From IMG/VR virus record IMGVR_UViG_2563366840_000012, positions 1 through 31,949 of that record: a stretch of 31,949 bases of DNA. One strand, given 5' to 3'. The translations under genes were made by a program, and so were the position numbers. The notes under the pieces were generated by a model. The model saw nothing but the letters and a program-made list of their open reading frames with translations, searched no databases and was not told where the DNA came from. The number at the start of each line of letters is the position of its first letter. Position 1 is the stretch's first letter. Source of the stretch: a virus (taxonomy: Duplodnaviria; Heunggongvirae; Uroviricota; Caudoviricetes). Of the stretch, positions 30,721-31,949 are shown piece after piece.

Positions 30721-30838
30721 ACGCAAACAACAGAATAAACACTGCACTGTGTATTCATTCCAACGAGTGAATACACGGAGCAATGTCGCTCGTAACTAAA
30801 CAGGAGTCGACTTGTTCTGATTATTGGAAATCTTCTTT

Positions 30839-30866
30839 GCCCTCCAGTGTGAGGGCGATTTTTTAT
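30839..30866 (+). terminator. Intrinsic terminator upstream of ea10
   Basis: GCCCTC-CAGTGT-GAGGGC hairpin followed by GATTTTTTA. Confidence 0.6.
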
Positions 30867-30884
30867 CTGTGAGGATATGAACAG

Positions 30885-31253
30885 ATGTCAAACATCAAAA
30901 AATACATCATTGATTACGACTGGAAAGCATCAATAGAAATTGAAATCGACCATGACGTAATGACAGAGGAAAAACTTCACCAGATTAATAATTTCTGGTC
31001 AGACTCTGAATACCGACTCAATAAACACGGCTCTTTATTAAATGCTGTATTAATCATGCTGGCGCAACATGCTCTGCTTATAGCAATTTCGAAAGACTTA
31101 AATGCATATGGTGTTGTTTGTGAGTTCGACTGGGATGATGGAAATGGTCAGGAAGGATGGCCTCCAATGGATGGTAGTGAAGGAATAAGAATTACCGATA
31201 TCGATACATCAGGAATATTTGATTCAGATGATATGACTATCAAGGCCGCCTGA
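30885..31253 (+). CDS. ea10: Ea10-like protein
   Basis: 122 aa, same length and position as lambda Ea10; acidic C-terminus; sequence matches my recollection of Ea10. Confidence 0.75.
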   Translation: MSNIKKYIIDYDWKASIEIEIDHDVMTEEKLHQINNFWSDSEYRLNKHGSLLNAVLIMLAQHALLIAISKDLNAYGVVCEFDWDDGNGQEGWPPMDGSEGIRITDIDTSGIFDSDDMTIKAA

Positions 31254-31276
31254 GTGCGGTTTTACCGCATACCAAT

Positions 31277-31299
31277 AACGCTTCACTCGAGGCGTTTTT
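31277..31299 (+). terminator. Possible terminator or RNA hairpin between ea10 and cIII
   Basis: AACGCTTC-ACTC-GAGGCGTT stem (one G-U pair) followed by TTTTCGTT. Confidence 0.4.
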
Positions 31300-31325
31300 C
31301 GTTATGTATAAATAAGGAGCACACC

Positions 31326-31490
31326 ATGCAATATGCCATTGCAGGGTGGCCTGTTGCTGGCTGCCCTTCCGAATCTTTACTTGAACGAATCACCCGTAAA
31401 TTACGTGACGGATGGAAACGCCTTATCGACATACTTAATCAGCCAGGAGTCCCAAAGAATGGATCAAACACTTATGGCTATCCAGACTAA
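31326..31490 (+). CDS. cIII: cIII (FtsH inhibitor)
   Basis: 54 aa [54 protein letters not shown] matches lambda cIII; AAGGAG RBS; track ORF is N-terminally overextended. Confidence 0.95.
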   Translation: MQYAIAGWPVAGCPSESLLERITRKLRDGWKRLIDILNQPGVPKNGSNTYGYPD

Positions 31491-31602
31491 ATTCACTATC
31501 GCCACTTTTATTGGCGATGAAAAGATGTTTCGTGAAGCCGTCGACGCTTATAAAAAATGGATATTAATACTGAAACTGAGATCAAGCAAAAGCATTCACT
31601 AA
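31459..31602 (+). CDS. kil: Kil (host cell-division inhibitor)
   Basis: 47 aa [47 protein letters not shown] matches lambda Kil; overlaps the cIII 3' end. Confidence 0.9.
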   Translation: MDQTLMAIQTKFTIATFIGDEKMFREAVDAYKKWILILKLRSSKSIH

Positions 31603-31949
31603 CCCCCTTTCCTGTTTTCCTAATCAGCCCGGCATTTCGCGGGCGATATTTTCACAGCTATTTCAGGAGTTCAGCCATGAACGCTTATTACATTCAGGAT
31701 CGTCTTGAGGCTCAGAGCTGGGCGCGTCACTACCAGCAGATCGCCCGTGAAGAGAAAGAGGCAGAACTGGCAGACGACATGGAAAAAGGCCTGCCCCAGC
31801 ACCTGTTTGAATCGCTATGCATCGATCATTTGCAACGCCACGGGGCCAGCAAAAAAGCCATTACCCGTGCGTTTGATGACGATGTTGAGTTTCAGGAGCG
31901 CATGGCAGAACACATCCGGTACATGGTTGAAACCATTGCTCACCACCAG
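31560..31949 (+). CDS. gam: Gam (RecBCD inhibitor), 3'-truncated by the window end
   Basis: ATG 31560 ([18 protein letters not shown]...) and internal ATG 31677 ([38 protein letters not shown]...) match lambda GamL/GamS; no stop before the window end. Confidence 0.9.

Noticed and set aside
31254-31490. 78 aa ORF, N-terminally extended cIII
   Set aside because: True cIII begins at the ATG at 31326, which has an AAGGAG RBS; the extension starts inside the upstream hairpin.
31333-31602. 89 aa ORF, N-terminally extended kil
   Set aside because: Only the last 47 aa correspond to Kil; the extension overlaps cIII in another frame.

Overview
The window is the left ~31 kb of a mosaic lambdoid prophage integrated at tRNA-Arg (argW), next to a yfdC-like host gene. 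From the attachment end it reads: P4-type integrase (+), then a minus-strand P22/Sf6-like morphogenesis block (tailspike, ejection proteins gp16/gp20/gp7, gp14, tail needle, gp10, gp4, coat, scaffold, portal, TerL, TerS), a small Rha module, a lambda-type lysis cassette (S, R, Rz/Rz1), pR'/tR', lambda Q, a nin region (ninH-like, rusA, ybcO-like, ninF, zinc-ribbon ORF, MT-A70 adenine methyltransferase, ninB), ren, P, O with ori iterons, cII, and a phage-434-type immunity core (cro, OR1-3, cI, OL/pL) followed by lambda N, ea10, cIII, kil and the start of gam (runs off the window). All calls rest on protein and DNA motifs I recognise from memory of lambda, 434, P22 and Sf6; no database search was run. 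Two cargo-like ORFs sit in classical lambdoid accessory slots and are the main candidates for something undescribed: an AT-rich ~289 aa ORF fused directly downstream of N in the ral/sieB position, and a 134 aa signal-peptide protein translationally coupled to cI in the rexAB position. I could not assign either to a known family. Coordinates of RNA and regulatory sites were counted by hand from the printed sequence and may be off by a few nt.
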